This document shows, in pieces, positions 38,900 to 51,670 of a DNA stretch of 64,000 nucleotides. The DNA comes from Stegostoma tigrinum. Its lineage: Eukaryota. A model generated the notes under the pieces. It had not been told where the DNA came from and did no database searches. It was given only the letters and a program-made list of their open reading frames with translations. The DNA lies in contig NC_081368.1 in assembly GCF_030684315.1 (NCBI RefSeq), forward strand, positions 42,175,734 to 42,239,733, given 5' to 3'. Within the stretch, counting starts at the first letter, position 1, and the number at the start of each line of letters is the position of its first letter. The position numbers were made by a program, and so were the translations under genes.

Positions 38900-39420
38900 A
38901 GGGGAGGGAACCCTTGTAGGGGCGGGCTCTGTCGCAGTGTTACGCTGGGACCTTTGGTTTCGGCCCATCGGAGGCGGTCTTAAGGACCCGATTGGCCGAA
39001 AACGTTGATGAGCAGCGGCGCGACCCAATTGAACATGAACTGTCGTCTACCCTCCCCCCCGAGGTCACTCCAGGCGGCAAGCAAACGCTGCTGTCGTGTG
39101 AACGAGCGAGAAAAAAGACAGGGAGAGATATGCTGGGAGATTCAGGGAATTCTGTAGCCGGAAAGGGATTGTGCTACCCTTGGCGGCCGACCGCTGCTGC
39201 CCAATTCTTGAGCCCTTCGCCGTCACCTGACCTCTTCTTCAGGCATCCTATTGGCTCACTACGTCAACCAGCCACAGAGCGCGACCGAATCACAACAAAC
39301 AGCGCGTGACTGCGGTTGCGAACTTGACACTTCCGTGTTTTGGGCACGCGTGTCGTTGTGATTGGCCAGTGCTGGTGGCGGACTGTCATTGGTCAGTGCC
39401 AGCGTATGTGCTTGCAATAG
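38900..39420. promoter_or_regulatory. Second promoter-like CpG module in MORC4 intron 2
   Basis: Six CCAAT/ATTGG boxes (38991, 39025, 39201, 39250, 39361, 39388), GC box near 38919, CRE half-site ACGTCA at 39261, ETS-like ACTTCCG at 39329. Confidence 0.55.
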
Positions 39421-39536
39421 CACAGTTTGAGAATGTGGAAGTACGTAGAGAGCTCCAAGCAGAAACATCCTAAGATGCATGAATTTGAGTTTGGATTTAT
39501 GGCTTGGAAGGATGACAATTGAATTGCTCCTCCAAC

Positions 39537-40200
39537 CTCTGATGAGAGTCATCTAGCTTCGAAACGTTAGTTTGCTCTGTCTCCGTTGGATGCTGCCTGA
39601 CCCGCTGTCATAAGGTGTGGAGCTGGATGAACACAACACGCCAAGCAGCATCGTCGAAGCCGGAAGGCTGACGTTTCGGGCGTAGACCCTTCATGTGATC
39701 TCCAGCGTTTTTTTTAATTTTCAAACTAAACCGCAATTATTTCTCATGAAGGGTCTCGGCCTGAAGCGTCAGCGTTTTGTGCTCCTAAGATGCTGCTTGG
39801 ACTGCTGTGTTCACCCAGCTCCACACTTTGTTATTTTGCAATTATTGCAAAGTGTTTAAGGAACAGAATTGGACGTTTGGGCCTAATGCTAGATTAATCA
39901 ACTACAAAAACAGAAACTGCTGGATAATCTCAGCAGGTCCAGTAGCAGTCACGGAGAGAAAAGGGGTTCCTGGACCCAAAACATAAACTCTGATTTGTCT
40001 CCATGTCTGCTGCCGGACCTGCTGAGATTATCCAGCAGTTTCTGTTTTTGTTGTTGATTAATCTAGCAATGGGCCCAAATGTCCATTTCTGTTCCTCAAA
40101 CATTAATGGAGAGAGAAAGGGTTTCTGGACCCAAAACATAAACTCTGATTTCTCTCCATGTCTGCCAGCAGGATTGCTGAGTTTTTGCGGCAATTTCTGT
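39537..40200. mobile_element. Cluster of nested hammerhead-type PLE mini-elements
   Basis: CTGATGA...GAAACGTT at 39539-39568. A minus copy at ~39610-39695 is nested in its tail. A plus copy at 39742-39837 has TSD GCAATTATT (39733 and 39838). A fold-back spans 39853-40101, with a direct copy at ~40108-40200. Confidence 0.75.
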
Positions 40201-40201
40201 T

Positions 40202-40920
40202 ACAGGGCTAATGGTAAGATTCTTAGTAGTGTAGATGAGCAGAGAGATCTCGGTGTCCATGTACACAGATCCTTGAAAGTTGCCACCCAGGTTGACAGGG
40301 CTGTTAAGAAGGCATACAGTGTTTTAGCTTCTATTAATAGAGGGATCATGTTGCGGAACCAAGAGGTTATGGTGAAGCTCTGGTGCGGCTGCACTTGGAG
40401 TATTGTGTACAGTTCTGGTCACTGCATTGTAAGAAGGATGTGGAAGCTTTGGAAAGGGTGCAGAGGAGATTTACTAGGATGTTGCCTGGTATGGAGGGAA
40501 GGTCTTACGAGGAAAGGCTGAGGCACTTGAGGCTGTTTTCATTAGAGAGAAGAAGGTTGAGAGGTGACTTAATTGAAACATATAAAATAGTCAGAGCGTT
40601 ATATAGGGTGGATAGGGAGAGCGTTTTTTTTCTAGGATGGTGACGGCAAGCACGAGGGGGCATAGCTTTAAATTGAGGGGTGAAAGATGTAGGACAGATG
40701 TCAGAGGTAGTTTCTTTACTCAGAGAGTAGTAAGGGAATGGAACGCTTTGCCTGCAACAGTAGTAGATTCACCAACTTTAGGTACATTTAAGTCATCATT
40801 GGATAAGCATATGGACATACATGGAATAGTGTAGGTTAGATGGGCTTGAGATCGGTATGACAGGTCAGCACAACGTTGAGGGCCGAAGGGCCTGTACTGT
40901 GTTGTTATGTTCTATGTTCT
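40202..40920 (+). mobile_element. CR1 LINE 3' fragment with (TTCTATG)n tail
   Basis: HLEYCVQFWS...LERRRLRGDLIETYKI, FFTQRVVREWNALP. Candidate TSD TTCTGTT at 40195 and 40917; inserted in a mini-element tail. Confidence 0.9.
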
Positions 40921-41189
40921 GTTTTTATTTCTCAGTTCCATCTACAGTTCTTTTGCTTTTTGTCTAGATTGATCAAATGCCCGTTCCTCAGAAAAAGACC
41001 ACTTGTTTGGTTAGCTCGGGTGCCTGGATGGCTAGTTTATGCTCCAGAGTGATTCCAATATGAGGATTCAATTCAACAATAAGATCCTACCTTCTCAATG
41101 TCCCCCTTGGTGTGACTCTCAGGTTCATTTCACCACCGTCTCCAATGAGAGAGCAGCCCTTCAAACTCCTGGAAATATGGCAGTTTTAC

Positions 41190-44040
41190 CTTACCTATTA
41201 AATAAATATCTTTGAGGTGGGTGCAATACTTGCACTTGACTATCATCATTTGGAAGAATATTGTCTCACGGCTGTATGTGGCGTCAAGTAAGCTTTCACT
41301 TTAAATGCACAGGACGATAGGAGTGGTTTTTTTTATTGTTTACAGGTCTCCAAAATTCTATTATCCCTTCTTCTGACTTTCAGCTCAATATCGTTTTGTG
41401 CAGTAATTATCTTCATTTCAACTCTGCGACCTTGTAGATCAAACACCTGATGGAATTTGGTGACCAACCCAACAATGTCTACATAAAGGAATGGACTTGA
41501 GACAAATGTTGCAATTCGTTCCATCACATTTAGTTTCTGAAATTGCCTGTTCATTTCCTCTGCCAACTTCCCCCAGTGTACATGGAAGCTTACTGGCTTG
41601 AACCATTTTCTTTTCTTTTTGATTTTGTTTCTAGTATTTTCTCTAGACTCTGAAAGTGTTGCAGCATTTCACTATTTCATTGTGAAGACCATGGACCCCA
41701 GTTTCGATTTGAATTCATTCACAGCACTGATCATAAGTGGTAAGTCTGTAGCCTTACCCCACAGTTCTCAGTTTAGCTCTTTCACTATTGATGTCAATGC
41801 CTGTAAGGATCCTTGCAATTTACCTACCAGCAAGACAGGTCCACAGGTGGACACCATTTCTGGAACAGGTGGATAATAAGAATACCTATGTCGGGCTCCG
41901 ACTTCAACACCATATTCCCAACTGAGGTAATGCCAAACTTCTAAGACCAAGGTCTGGGCTCAGCCCTCTGCAACTGGATCCAAGGCTTCCTGACCCACCA
42001 ATCGCAATCAGTGAAGATGGACAATAGCACTTCCTCCACGATAATCCTCAACACCAGCGTACTAGCCTCCCAACTGTACTCCCTGTATATTAATGATTGT
42101 GTGGCTAAACATCTACCAGTACATTGACGACACCACCATTGTGGGCCAGATGGCAAACAACGGCGAGGCAGAATACTGGAAGGAGATTGAATGCTTGGTA
42201 TCATGGTGCAATAACAATCTCTTCCTCAATGTCAGCAAAATTAAAAATCATTGACTTCAGGAAAAATGGAGGAGGACACCCCCCCCCCCCCCACCCCCCC
42301 AGAAAGGATCGAGTGCGTCACGTTTCTAGGAATGATGATTACCTACCCTGCCCTGGATCTCCCATGTAGATGCGACAGTCAAGAGAGCACAACAACTACC
42401 TGAAGAGGCTTAGGAAATTTGGCATGTCCGTAAGGTCTCTCAACTTGCACAGATGCACCATAGAAAGCATGCTAGCCCGGTATATAACGGCCTGGTATGG
42501 CAATTGAGCTGTCCAGGATGTAAGAAACTACAGCATCTGCAGTTCCTATTATCTCTGATACAGAAAGTTGTGTACACGGCCCAGATCATCACAAAAGTCA
42601 ATTCCAATCATGCATGCCATTTACACTTCTTGTTGCTGCAGAAAAGCTGCCAACATGAAAGACCCCTCCCACCCCGGAAATACCCTCTTTCTACTTCTTC
42701 TGTCAGGCAGAAGATATAGATGCTTAAACACACGTACCCAGGCTTAAGAACAGCTTCTTCCCTGCTGTTATTAGATTGCCTAATGCATCTCTCTAATTTC
42801 AAATCTAATGCTGATCTTACTTTTGTGCACCTCCTGTGTGGCCATAACTTTCTATGTCTTACTTTATTTAAACACCCCATGATCTGAATAATTAGACTGT
42901 ATGGCTTGCAAAACAAAACATTTCACTGTATGTAGGTTCATGGGGCAACAGTAAATCAAGCAAAGATTCTAAAATTGTACAACCTTGCAATGCCTGACGG
43001 GTCACTGAATACTTCAGTCCTTGATTTCAGAAAAGAGACAATTTGAGGTGTCAGATCAAAAAATTTATTGCAGGACCTTCCCTTGACTTAATCACCTGAC
43101 GTCAATTTAGGATTAGTTCCCCATAGGTAACAACAAGTTTGTCGAGTAAAGATTTAAGTGAGCATTGTTGAAAAGTTCTTTCTGGAATTGAGTTCACAAT
43201 CTTAAGTTTCATTTGATGAGGAAAGTTAAGATCTTTTACTTGCTGATATTTGTTGGTGAGTTATGCAATGGTAATTGGCAAAGGAGAGGAGATAAGAATG
43301 GTTTCTGCAAAATACAACAAAATCTGCCTTTGTGCCAAGCATAGCTGATGCTTCATCAGTCATGATGGAAGCCAGTTTCTTGGGTAGAATGCTTTCCTCA
43401 AGTATTCAACTTTTGCATTTATTAGAGATAGCCTCACCGCTTGTTCACTGTTTTCAAAAGGGCACCCTTTAGTTATGTCATTAAAAACCATAAGCACAAT
43501 TACAATCAGCTTTGCTATTGTCAAACATGGATGCATTGAATGAAGCATTGTAAGAAGCATTCATGGCTGTTCAGGTCCTGCTTTAATTGCTGAAAGATTT
43601 CTTCGGAAGAAGGTTCTGCTTGTATTGCTACGGTGGAAGCACCAACTGACCTGTCCTGTATTGCATCTGTTATTTTCCCTTCATTCTTGTCTTTTGCATG
43701 AAATGTAAGTGGCTGTAGTCAATGTTTCCTGAATTACTTCACCATCTGTGAATGATTTAAGGTGTTTTTCCAGAATGGGGCAAACATAAAATGATACTTC
43801 AGTGCCGCTGTTTAGAGAAAATGATTTGAGTTTTCAAAGCAGCCTTCAATATTCTGTTCCAAACCATTGCTGCTGAAGGGAGGACTCTCTTGATTTTGCA
43901 TTGTTGTGAGATCTCATTCCAAATTTCTCTTTTACTTATCAATATACATTGGCAATATAAGAGGCAAATGGTCTTGTCTTTAACAATCTTGAATGGAAGT
44001 TAATTTTACTATTCCATGTGGAAGTTGTATATTTTTCATT
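41190..44040 (-). pseudogene. Decayed hAT transposase (Buster/SPIN/GTF2IRD2-like), split by a Rex1-like LINE
   Basis: Manual minus-strand translation gives, in order: KDKTICLL, KHLKSFTDGEVIQE, FQQLKQDL, KLASIMTDEASAMLG, YHCITHQQ, VR*LSQGKVL, ELN*ELWGK..MISAVNEFKSKL, FVSSPF, TYSRETIFFQMMIVKCKY (hAT dimerisation region). Many stops and frameshifts. Confidence 0.8.
41808..42960 (+). mobile_element. Rex1/Babar-like LINE fragment
   Basis: DPLQFTY, KNTYV, LCNWIQGFLTH..QSVKM, LYSLYINDCVA and IIDFRK remnants. Candidate TSD CAATGCCTG at 41795 and 42988. Confidence 0.75.
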
Positions 44041-47000
44041 TCTTTCTAGACGGACCAGGTTACTCACACATCATCATTGTTTCACCTTGTAGTTTGTGAC
44101 AATATTCTGCTATTGGCTGTGCTGCAGGGTGGTCTCTGGATCTGCACCTGTGAAAAATACAGATGTTGCTGACAGCTTCCAGGTGTGGAGGCATGGGAGG
44201 TCTCTTCTGTTGTCATGGTTTGTTTCTTGAGAATTTGTTGCCATTGGTTATCTTGAGTTGATTGAATACTGAATATGGGATGCGGCAGCATTCCCCATAG
44301 TTTTTCTTCATCATGCACAGACATTTAGATAAACAGCAGAAGGAAAATATCTTCAAGCCTACAGAGAATGGAAATTGACTGGAACTAACTGAGCTGCTTT
44401 TGCAAAGACTACACATGATGGATTGAACAACCTCCTGTGTTTCCAGTACTGAGATATTCTAGCTTTACACAGCAAAATCAAAATTTCCTCTTGCAACATG
44501 CTCAGAATCCTGAAGCTTTCATGTGAACACAACAAACTCAATACGCTTACCCTTGATGCAAACCCCTTCTGTATCAAATGTTTTGGACAGAACTAGGTGA
44601 TTTGAAATGTTGGCATTGTGAGCCCTACCTGAGCTGTGTATTCCATTTTCTCCATCACTGTTGCCCCTGTGACAGCATACAATTGATCTTCTTGGGCTCA
44701 TCTGTTGAATCCTCAACTTCAGACTTGACTATGCAGTTACCTATTTTGAATATTTACATTCCAGTACTCTTCTGCCCAAATCCCATTCAGTCATATCCTG
44801 TTACTTTTCAGCTGTGATATTACTGGCCATATTGGTACTCCATCTATCATTTAAAATTCTTATAATTGAGTTTAAATGTCTTCATAGCCTTTCCCTTTCC
44901 TTTCTCTGTACCTCCGACAGACGTAAAGTTGATTACTGCTGCATCACTCATTACCGAAGTTGTTCAAATAGGTTAATAGTTATGGTTACATGATTTTTGC
45001 ACATAGATGTTGACTTTTGTTGTTACATATTTTTTGGCACAGCTATGTGAAATTTGTGATTTCACAGATACAGGGGATTTACTATATTAGAATCATTGAA
45101 GAAAAAGTAGTAGGTCTTAAGCATTTCAAAGAAGGGGAAAATGTAGCAAGGCCCTAGCTAGCTTAAGGCATGATCACTAGTAGTGAAACAAAGAAACTTA
45201 GGATGTCCACGTTACCAGAGTTGGATAGGTACAGAGATTTCTAAGGCTTATAGGGCTGCAGGAAGTTTTAGAGATAGGGAAATGTGATGTCATGTAGAAA
45301 TTTGAGAACAAAAATGAAAATTCCAAACTTGAGATATTGGTTAAAAAAAGGAAGAAAATTCTTTAAGTGCAGGGCAGATGAGATCTGAACTTGTGAGTTA
45401 GAACACTGGCAGTACGAGCTGTGAATATGCTGAAGTTTACAGAGGAGGCAGTCCAGAGAGAAGTTGAGTAGCTACTTGAGAAATTGGAGAGCATTGGAGT
45501 ATTTACTCCTTTGAGAGAAGCTGCAAAGCTGCTGACCCACAAGTAGCCATGACGTAATGTTGGAAATTCTCTTCCACCATTTTGTCTTGATACCTAAAGA
45601 TGGTTTGTCTGTGAAATGGATCACAGTGCAGTCCTGTTGGAATTACTCAAGCCCTCTGTGGTTTGTGATTGAGCCACTTTAGGCCCACCTCTTAGCTAAT
45701 ATTAACTGAGTGCCGTCACAGAGGAAGACGACTCTGGTAAAAAAGTTGATAACTTTTGTACAGCAGGTTTTAAACATACAAAATATGGATCTGCTGCTGG
45801 ACTACTGAAAACTAATATAATTACATAAATGCCTGTGGCTGGCTCCCAATGCAAAACTCGCAGGTTGCAAATTAAAACACATTGTGCAACCAACTGTAAA
45901 AGGAAACTTGCCAGCTATTTACAGATAGCTTATAATATCAAAAGTTAATGTGTGATGAACTCTGGCATCAGTTTGATCTCATCCAGCCGAAAATGTTGTA
46001 ACTGCGGTGCATAACTTTTTACATTTTTGTAAATACTTTGATAGTATTTCTTTCAGTTGTGAACTCACAGCTAATCCCTGACCAACTCAAAATAGAAAAA
46101 GGAAGACTACCTCTGAACCCATTGACCTATGTCCTGTAACACTTCTTTGCACAATGACCACAAACCATGTAACACTTAAATACTAATTTTACATATGACA
46201 AAATAAAACAAATGAACATTCGCCATGTCTCAGTTACCTATAGGCAAATATATATGTGTAGAGATTGGAGATTGTAAGGTTCTATTTGTTGTATACAATA
46301 TATGTTATATATCGGCATGTAAAACTTAGCCTCGTGGTGTTCCAGTGTAGATCCTATCACTTTCTTGTCTTATTTTGTTTGGAACAAGAAACCAAGTGTT
46401 GAATATCAATTCTACCAGAATTTCTCTACTGGCAATTCATAGATAGAGACCAGTAGATGCATAAAGTAATAAAAGGTCACGAGGAATAACAGTACAGTGG
46501 ACCCTCAACTATAATCCAAATATTGCTGCTCTTGAAGCTAAGTTTTGTTGTCTATGAATTCTCCAGTTTTTCATAATGAGTAATAATCAATGGATGAATC
46601 CAAATTACAAGAAGACAATGTGAAGAGGCTGGTGTAGGGTGGGGTGCTTGTGAACTGTTACACTGAAATGTTTCTCGTACTGAGCTGAAATAACTTTGGC
46701 TCTGTGTGTACTGTATTTTTCCCTAGCTCTGAATATCAATTGAGCTGCATTGATGTTATCACTACAGTATTATTGTAGTACAGCACTTAATAGAAAATGG
46801 CATTTCTTCACATATCCACAAGCACTCTGCTTCCTTTCACAACTTTGATACAAATGAATTTGCATAAAGTGTTCTTCCAGAAGGATTGGTTTAAAAAAGA
46901 CAAAAAAAAGTTGTTTTCACATGTAGTGGCTTCGGTGGTGATGAAGTAGATGAACTAACCTGTTAAGTAGCAGCAAATATAGGGCTGCCAAAAAAGACTA

Positions 47001-50000
47001 TTTTCCAAGCTGAAATCTTCATGCTGTTCCCTGTTATGCCAGGCATTTGCCCAGTCATTCAAATTATCTAAGTTACGTTGAAGACTTTTTTACATCTTCA
47101 ACACTATCACTCCTACCTAGTTTTATGTTGTCAGCTAATATATGTTGTGAATAGCTAGAGCCCAAGCACTGTTCCCTGTGGTAGAAAACTAGTCACAGCG
47201 TTGCTCCTATTTATTCCCACATTCTGTTTATTGACTTCTAACCAATTCACAGTCCTTGCTAGTATGTTACCACCAATTCCATGTTATTAGACTTTACACA
47301 ATAACCTTTTAAGTGGCACTTAATTAAAATTCCAATATACTACTCTGACAGAATTTTTCTCATCTATTTCACTAGTTACATTCTTTTTAAAAAGTCCAAC
47401 ATGTTTATCGAACAGCTTCCTATTCATAAATCAATGTTGATTTTGTATAATTTCATTGGTTTTGTTTTAAGTGTCCTGTTGTCACATCCTTTGGAGAATC
47501 CAGGAAAGAACTTAGTAAATATCTCAAGATAGATTAGGGGTTGGCCCATGTTGCAAGAATTAAAAAAGAACTGGATACTTGGATAGTTAGACAACTTTTG
47601 AAAAGTGTCACCCTATAGATTATTCTGCAAAGTAGAATCCTATAAAAAATTGAGTTGAAGATTTTAGATTGGTTTAAGAATCAACTACATTCCTATCAAT
47701 AGGACAAAGTAATAAATGATTACTTGAAAACCAAGAGTGTTGCATAATATTCATGAATACAGTTGTTTGTTTTAACAATTTTCCTCAATCACCTGAATTG
47801 GGCATTGGAAGGCAAAACTGAACAGTTTGTGAATGATAGAAAGCTCTGTGCAATGGTGAAGATGGTGATAAATATATTCTGTTGCAAACCAGTATAATGG
47901 GGAAATAGGCTCATATTCGATGAATGATAGTTAATGAACATCAATGTAACATTGGGCAGAACCAATGGATTATATTGCTGCTAATGAGAAGGGAGTGTTG
48001 GCAGTCACAATGTAAAAAGAACTATGGTTATGTGGGGCCAGCTCAATTGCCGAGCTGGTATTCAAGGTATTCATTGGCCTGGACATTTACTCTTGGCACA
48101 GAAGTTCAGAGACAATTTCTCAATGCTACAAACCTGACCTGGGAGAAAGTGCCCCAGAAGGTCAAAATCACTTTTGCCCAGAAACTCTTGCTGTTTAAGA
48201 TTTACTGCAGCGGTTTAGCTGTGTATCTCCCTGTTAGCCAAATACCAGCAGACCACTCTTTGCATCTGCACTTTATCTGTAAACTTGACACCAGCTTGTT
48301 TTCTGAGATCAGGTTATTTTCTATACTTAGTTCTGCTCACCTGAGAGTAGACAAGAAATTGTTGCAGTTGCCTATGGCAAAGTCTTCTTTCTAGCAGGCT
48401 TGGTTGAAAATTTATATAGTTTTACATTATCATTGTCAGCAGGTTTTTATAAAGCACAGTTGTGATATGTATAAAATATCCTTGCAACTGCCTTGCTGAT
48501 CAAATCGTTTCTTTCAAATCTTAAAAATGATGGAAGCGTTAGATATTTTCATATTCTATTGAACTATGACAGACATCCAGCAATAGAATTTGGTTGCAGA
48601 TATTCCCAATTCATATATACTTTGAGCTCTGAGATGGTATATAGAACTATTTATCACTAGGCTGAAGTGTTCATAGGTTCATTCGTATTTGTAGTGAGGT
48701 GATCAGTTCAGAGTAGATTTTCTTTAACCAACCCTGTTCCATTGTATTATGAAACACCTCCTGTCCCAAAGACAGAGGCATTACCACTGTGTCACAAGGT
48801 CCTGTTTCAATTTAGGGTAACACACAAGAGATTAGCACAACATTAAGCGTATTGTTGAAAATTCACTTTCCTAAAATGTCATTAGTATCAAATAATGAAT
48901 AAACTTTGTTACAACGTTTCTGTTTTAACATTAGAATTTGTTTATTATTTTAACACATTCATTCAGATGCCTGTTATGCTGGTTGATGGTTATCAGATTT
49001 GGTCAGTTCCAGCAGCAGCAAGTCAGGGCAGTTGACCTCTGTCTGAATAAAAGGGAGCAATTTTATAGCAGATACAGTTTCAGAAATGTGCCACAGTTTT
49101 GCTGGGAAGTTCAACATGTCACATTTTTCCTACAAGTTTGTGATATTGCCTCACTGTGCATTGTTTTCAATACTCAAGTTTGTCTTGCATCTTTTTCCTG
49201 TTACATCATATGTTGTGACCATCTCATGGAAGGATCAGAATCATGATAGTAAGAGTATTACTAGCTTAAAAACTATTTTTCTGACAGTGCTAAGTTCTGG
49301 ATAAGAACTTGTTGAACTGTAGAGAGAAAACCTTCCTGTGAAATATGCAATTCTAAATCTTGAAGGCCAGCATTTCAATTTAAAAGTTGACTTTTTAAAA
49401 AGACATTCACAAAATCTTTAGGTCTTCAAAAATTGCCTACTGTATTTTAGTTTTAAATGTGTTTATATATGGAATATTAAGCTATTAGTGAAGCCTTTAG
49501 TGTTGGGCTGAATCTTACATTTTTTTGGCTAAATGTGAGTTGTGCCAACTTTTTTGGAGGGATTCTTGCTACAAGGCCCAGTGAGGTGGTTTACCATATC
49601 TTACCAAACGTTCTTCACTACTTATTTACCCTGCCCCAGAACGTACCTTAGCTGGATTTTATTCCCCACCTTTTCAAATTGTTCCCAGGATAATCCGCCA
49701 CTGAGTAGATATCTGTTAAAAACTGGCATCCCTGTGCATCACTACCTTTGAAAGGCTACTGAGCACCTGAACAAGCTTCATAAGCTTGTGTGGTGGCAGT
49801 GAACATGCAGCCTCTGGGCTGCGATTAGGTTCCATTCTGGTGTCCATCTGCAAGTTGATTTGTATGCAAGTGGGAACACAATGCAGGACAGTGTCAAGCA
49901 CTCATTAGTAAGTACAGTACATATTCATCTGTTGGATTTTTAAAATTCCACCCCTTTGTGGAATTGAATTCATAAATACAAGTATACTTCAGTAAGATGT

Positions 50001-51094
50001 TAACAAATCGAACACCCCCACCACCCCACTGCACTGACATGGTAGCCATGAAGCTATGCTGCTCACTGCACCTAATTGGCATGGCTGACACTTGCTTGCA
50101 CATAAAGCTGCATTTTCTGACCCTAATTTCTGTGTAATCTCAATACCATAGACTATATTGTCCTGTGCAGTAATCTCATCTAAGCATCTTTCTAAGTCAG
50201 AGCTGCCAACTCCCAGTGGCCACTGCACACCTGCAGCTTCTCATTGTCCAGCAGGTGACTATCACAAACTGTCAAGCAATCAGACAATTACAAACATCAG
50301 CTTTTATTTATAACCATGGAAAGGGAACACAAAAAAAAACAAATAGGAACTGAAGTTCACCCACAAGGAAAACCAAAGTTTTGTGACCATTGTGACCAAC
50401 AACTATTTAAAATTCCATGATGGTGTCGCAGTCAGCTCTCATCAGCTCCTGTCTGGCTTATTGAGAAATCATAAACTTCTTATGTTGCATAACTTGTTTT
50501 TGACCCCCCCCCCTCCATCTCCCAACACTTTAACACTCTACAGCTTCTGTCAAGCACCTTTGCATTAAGTTTTGCGTTCTATAGATTAGAATAGTGCGCA
50601 AAGAAGGAGGCCATTCAGCTCATCAAGTCTGTGCCATTTTTATTAATGAGAAATCCAGCCAGCTCTTTCATCTACCGTCCCTACTCATTCTTCCATTTTT
50701 TTAAACTCCAGATTTTATCCTGTTTCCTTTGGAACATTATTTGAACGTGTATTCATCACAATATCAGGAAAGGAGTACATTCCAAATCCTAATCACTTTG
50801 TGTATATATCTTTCCTCATGTCACCCTTGGTTCTTTTGCCAGTTGATTTGTGTAATTCAGTCTCGGCCAGATGTTTATCAGTCCTTCAACAATTTGAAAC
50901 ATTGTCTGCTCATTCTGTCTAAAACCTTCATAATTTTGTCTGTCTCCACCATATCTACTCAAGCTTCTTGAGAACAACCCTAGCTTTACTGTAATCCCTC
51001 ATCCCCAGTACCATTTTAGTAAATTTCTTCTGAAGTCTGTACAAAGCTATCACATCCTTCTATGGTCAGAATTACAAATTCTAATCAGAGTGGG

Positions 51095-51670
51095 ATTGAA
51101 TTGTGTATTTTTTTCAGTTCATTTGTGGAATGTGGGCATTGCTGGCAGGCCATCATTTCTTGCCCATCCCTAGTTGCCCTTGAGAAGGTAGTGATGACCT
51201 GCCTTCTTGAACCTCTGCAGCCCACGTGCTGTAGGTTTACCCACAATCCCATTAGGGAGAGAATTCTAGGATTTTGACCCAACAACAGTGAAGGAACGGT
51301 GATATATTTCCAAGTCAGGATGATGAGTGGCTTGGACGGGAATTTGGACGTGGTGGCGTTCCCATATATCTGCTTCCCTTGTCCTTCTAAATGGAAGTGG
51401 TCATGGGTTTGGAAGGTTGTATCTGAGGATCTTTGGTGAATTTTTGGCAGTATATTTTGTAGATAGTATACACTGCTGCTACTGAGCGTCGGTGGTCAGG
51501 GAGTGGATGCTTGTAGTGTCAATCAAGTAGGCTAATTTGTCCTGGATGATGTCAAGCTTCTTGAGTGTTGTTGGAGCTGCACCCATCCAGGCAAGTGGGG
51601 AGTATTCCACACTCCTGATTTCTGCATTGTAGATGGTGGATAGACTTTGGGGAATCAGGACGTAAGTTAC
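51095..51670 (-). mobile_element. 3' fragment of the same LINE family as 9850-11515
   Basis: Reverse-complement similarity to 10970-11510 (ggagtattcca, atccctagttgcccttgagaagg). A similar copy lies at ~24270-24600. Confidence 0.75.

Noticed and set aside
38254-39309. ORFs of 115 aa and 105 aa around the MORC4 start
   Set aside because: The first contains only the 13-aa exon 1 and reads into intron 1. The second is a chance ORF in GC-rich DNA with no recognisable motif.
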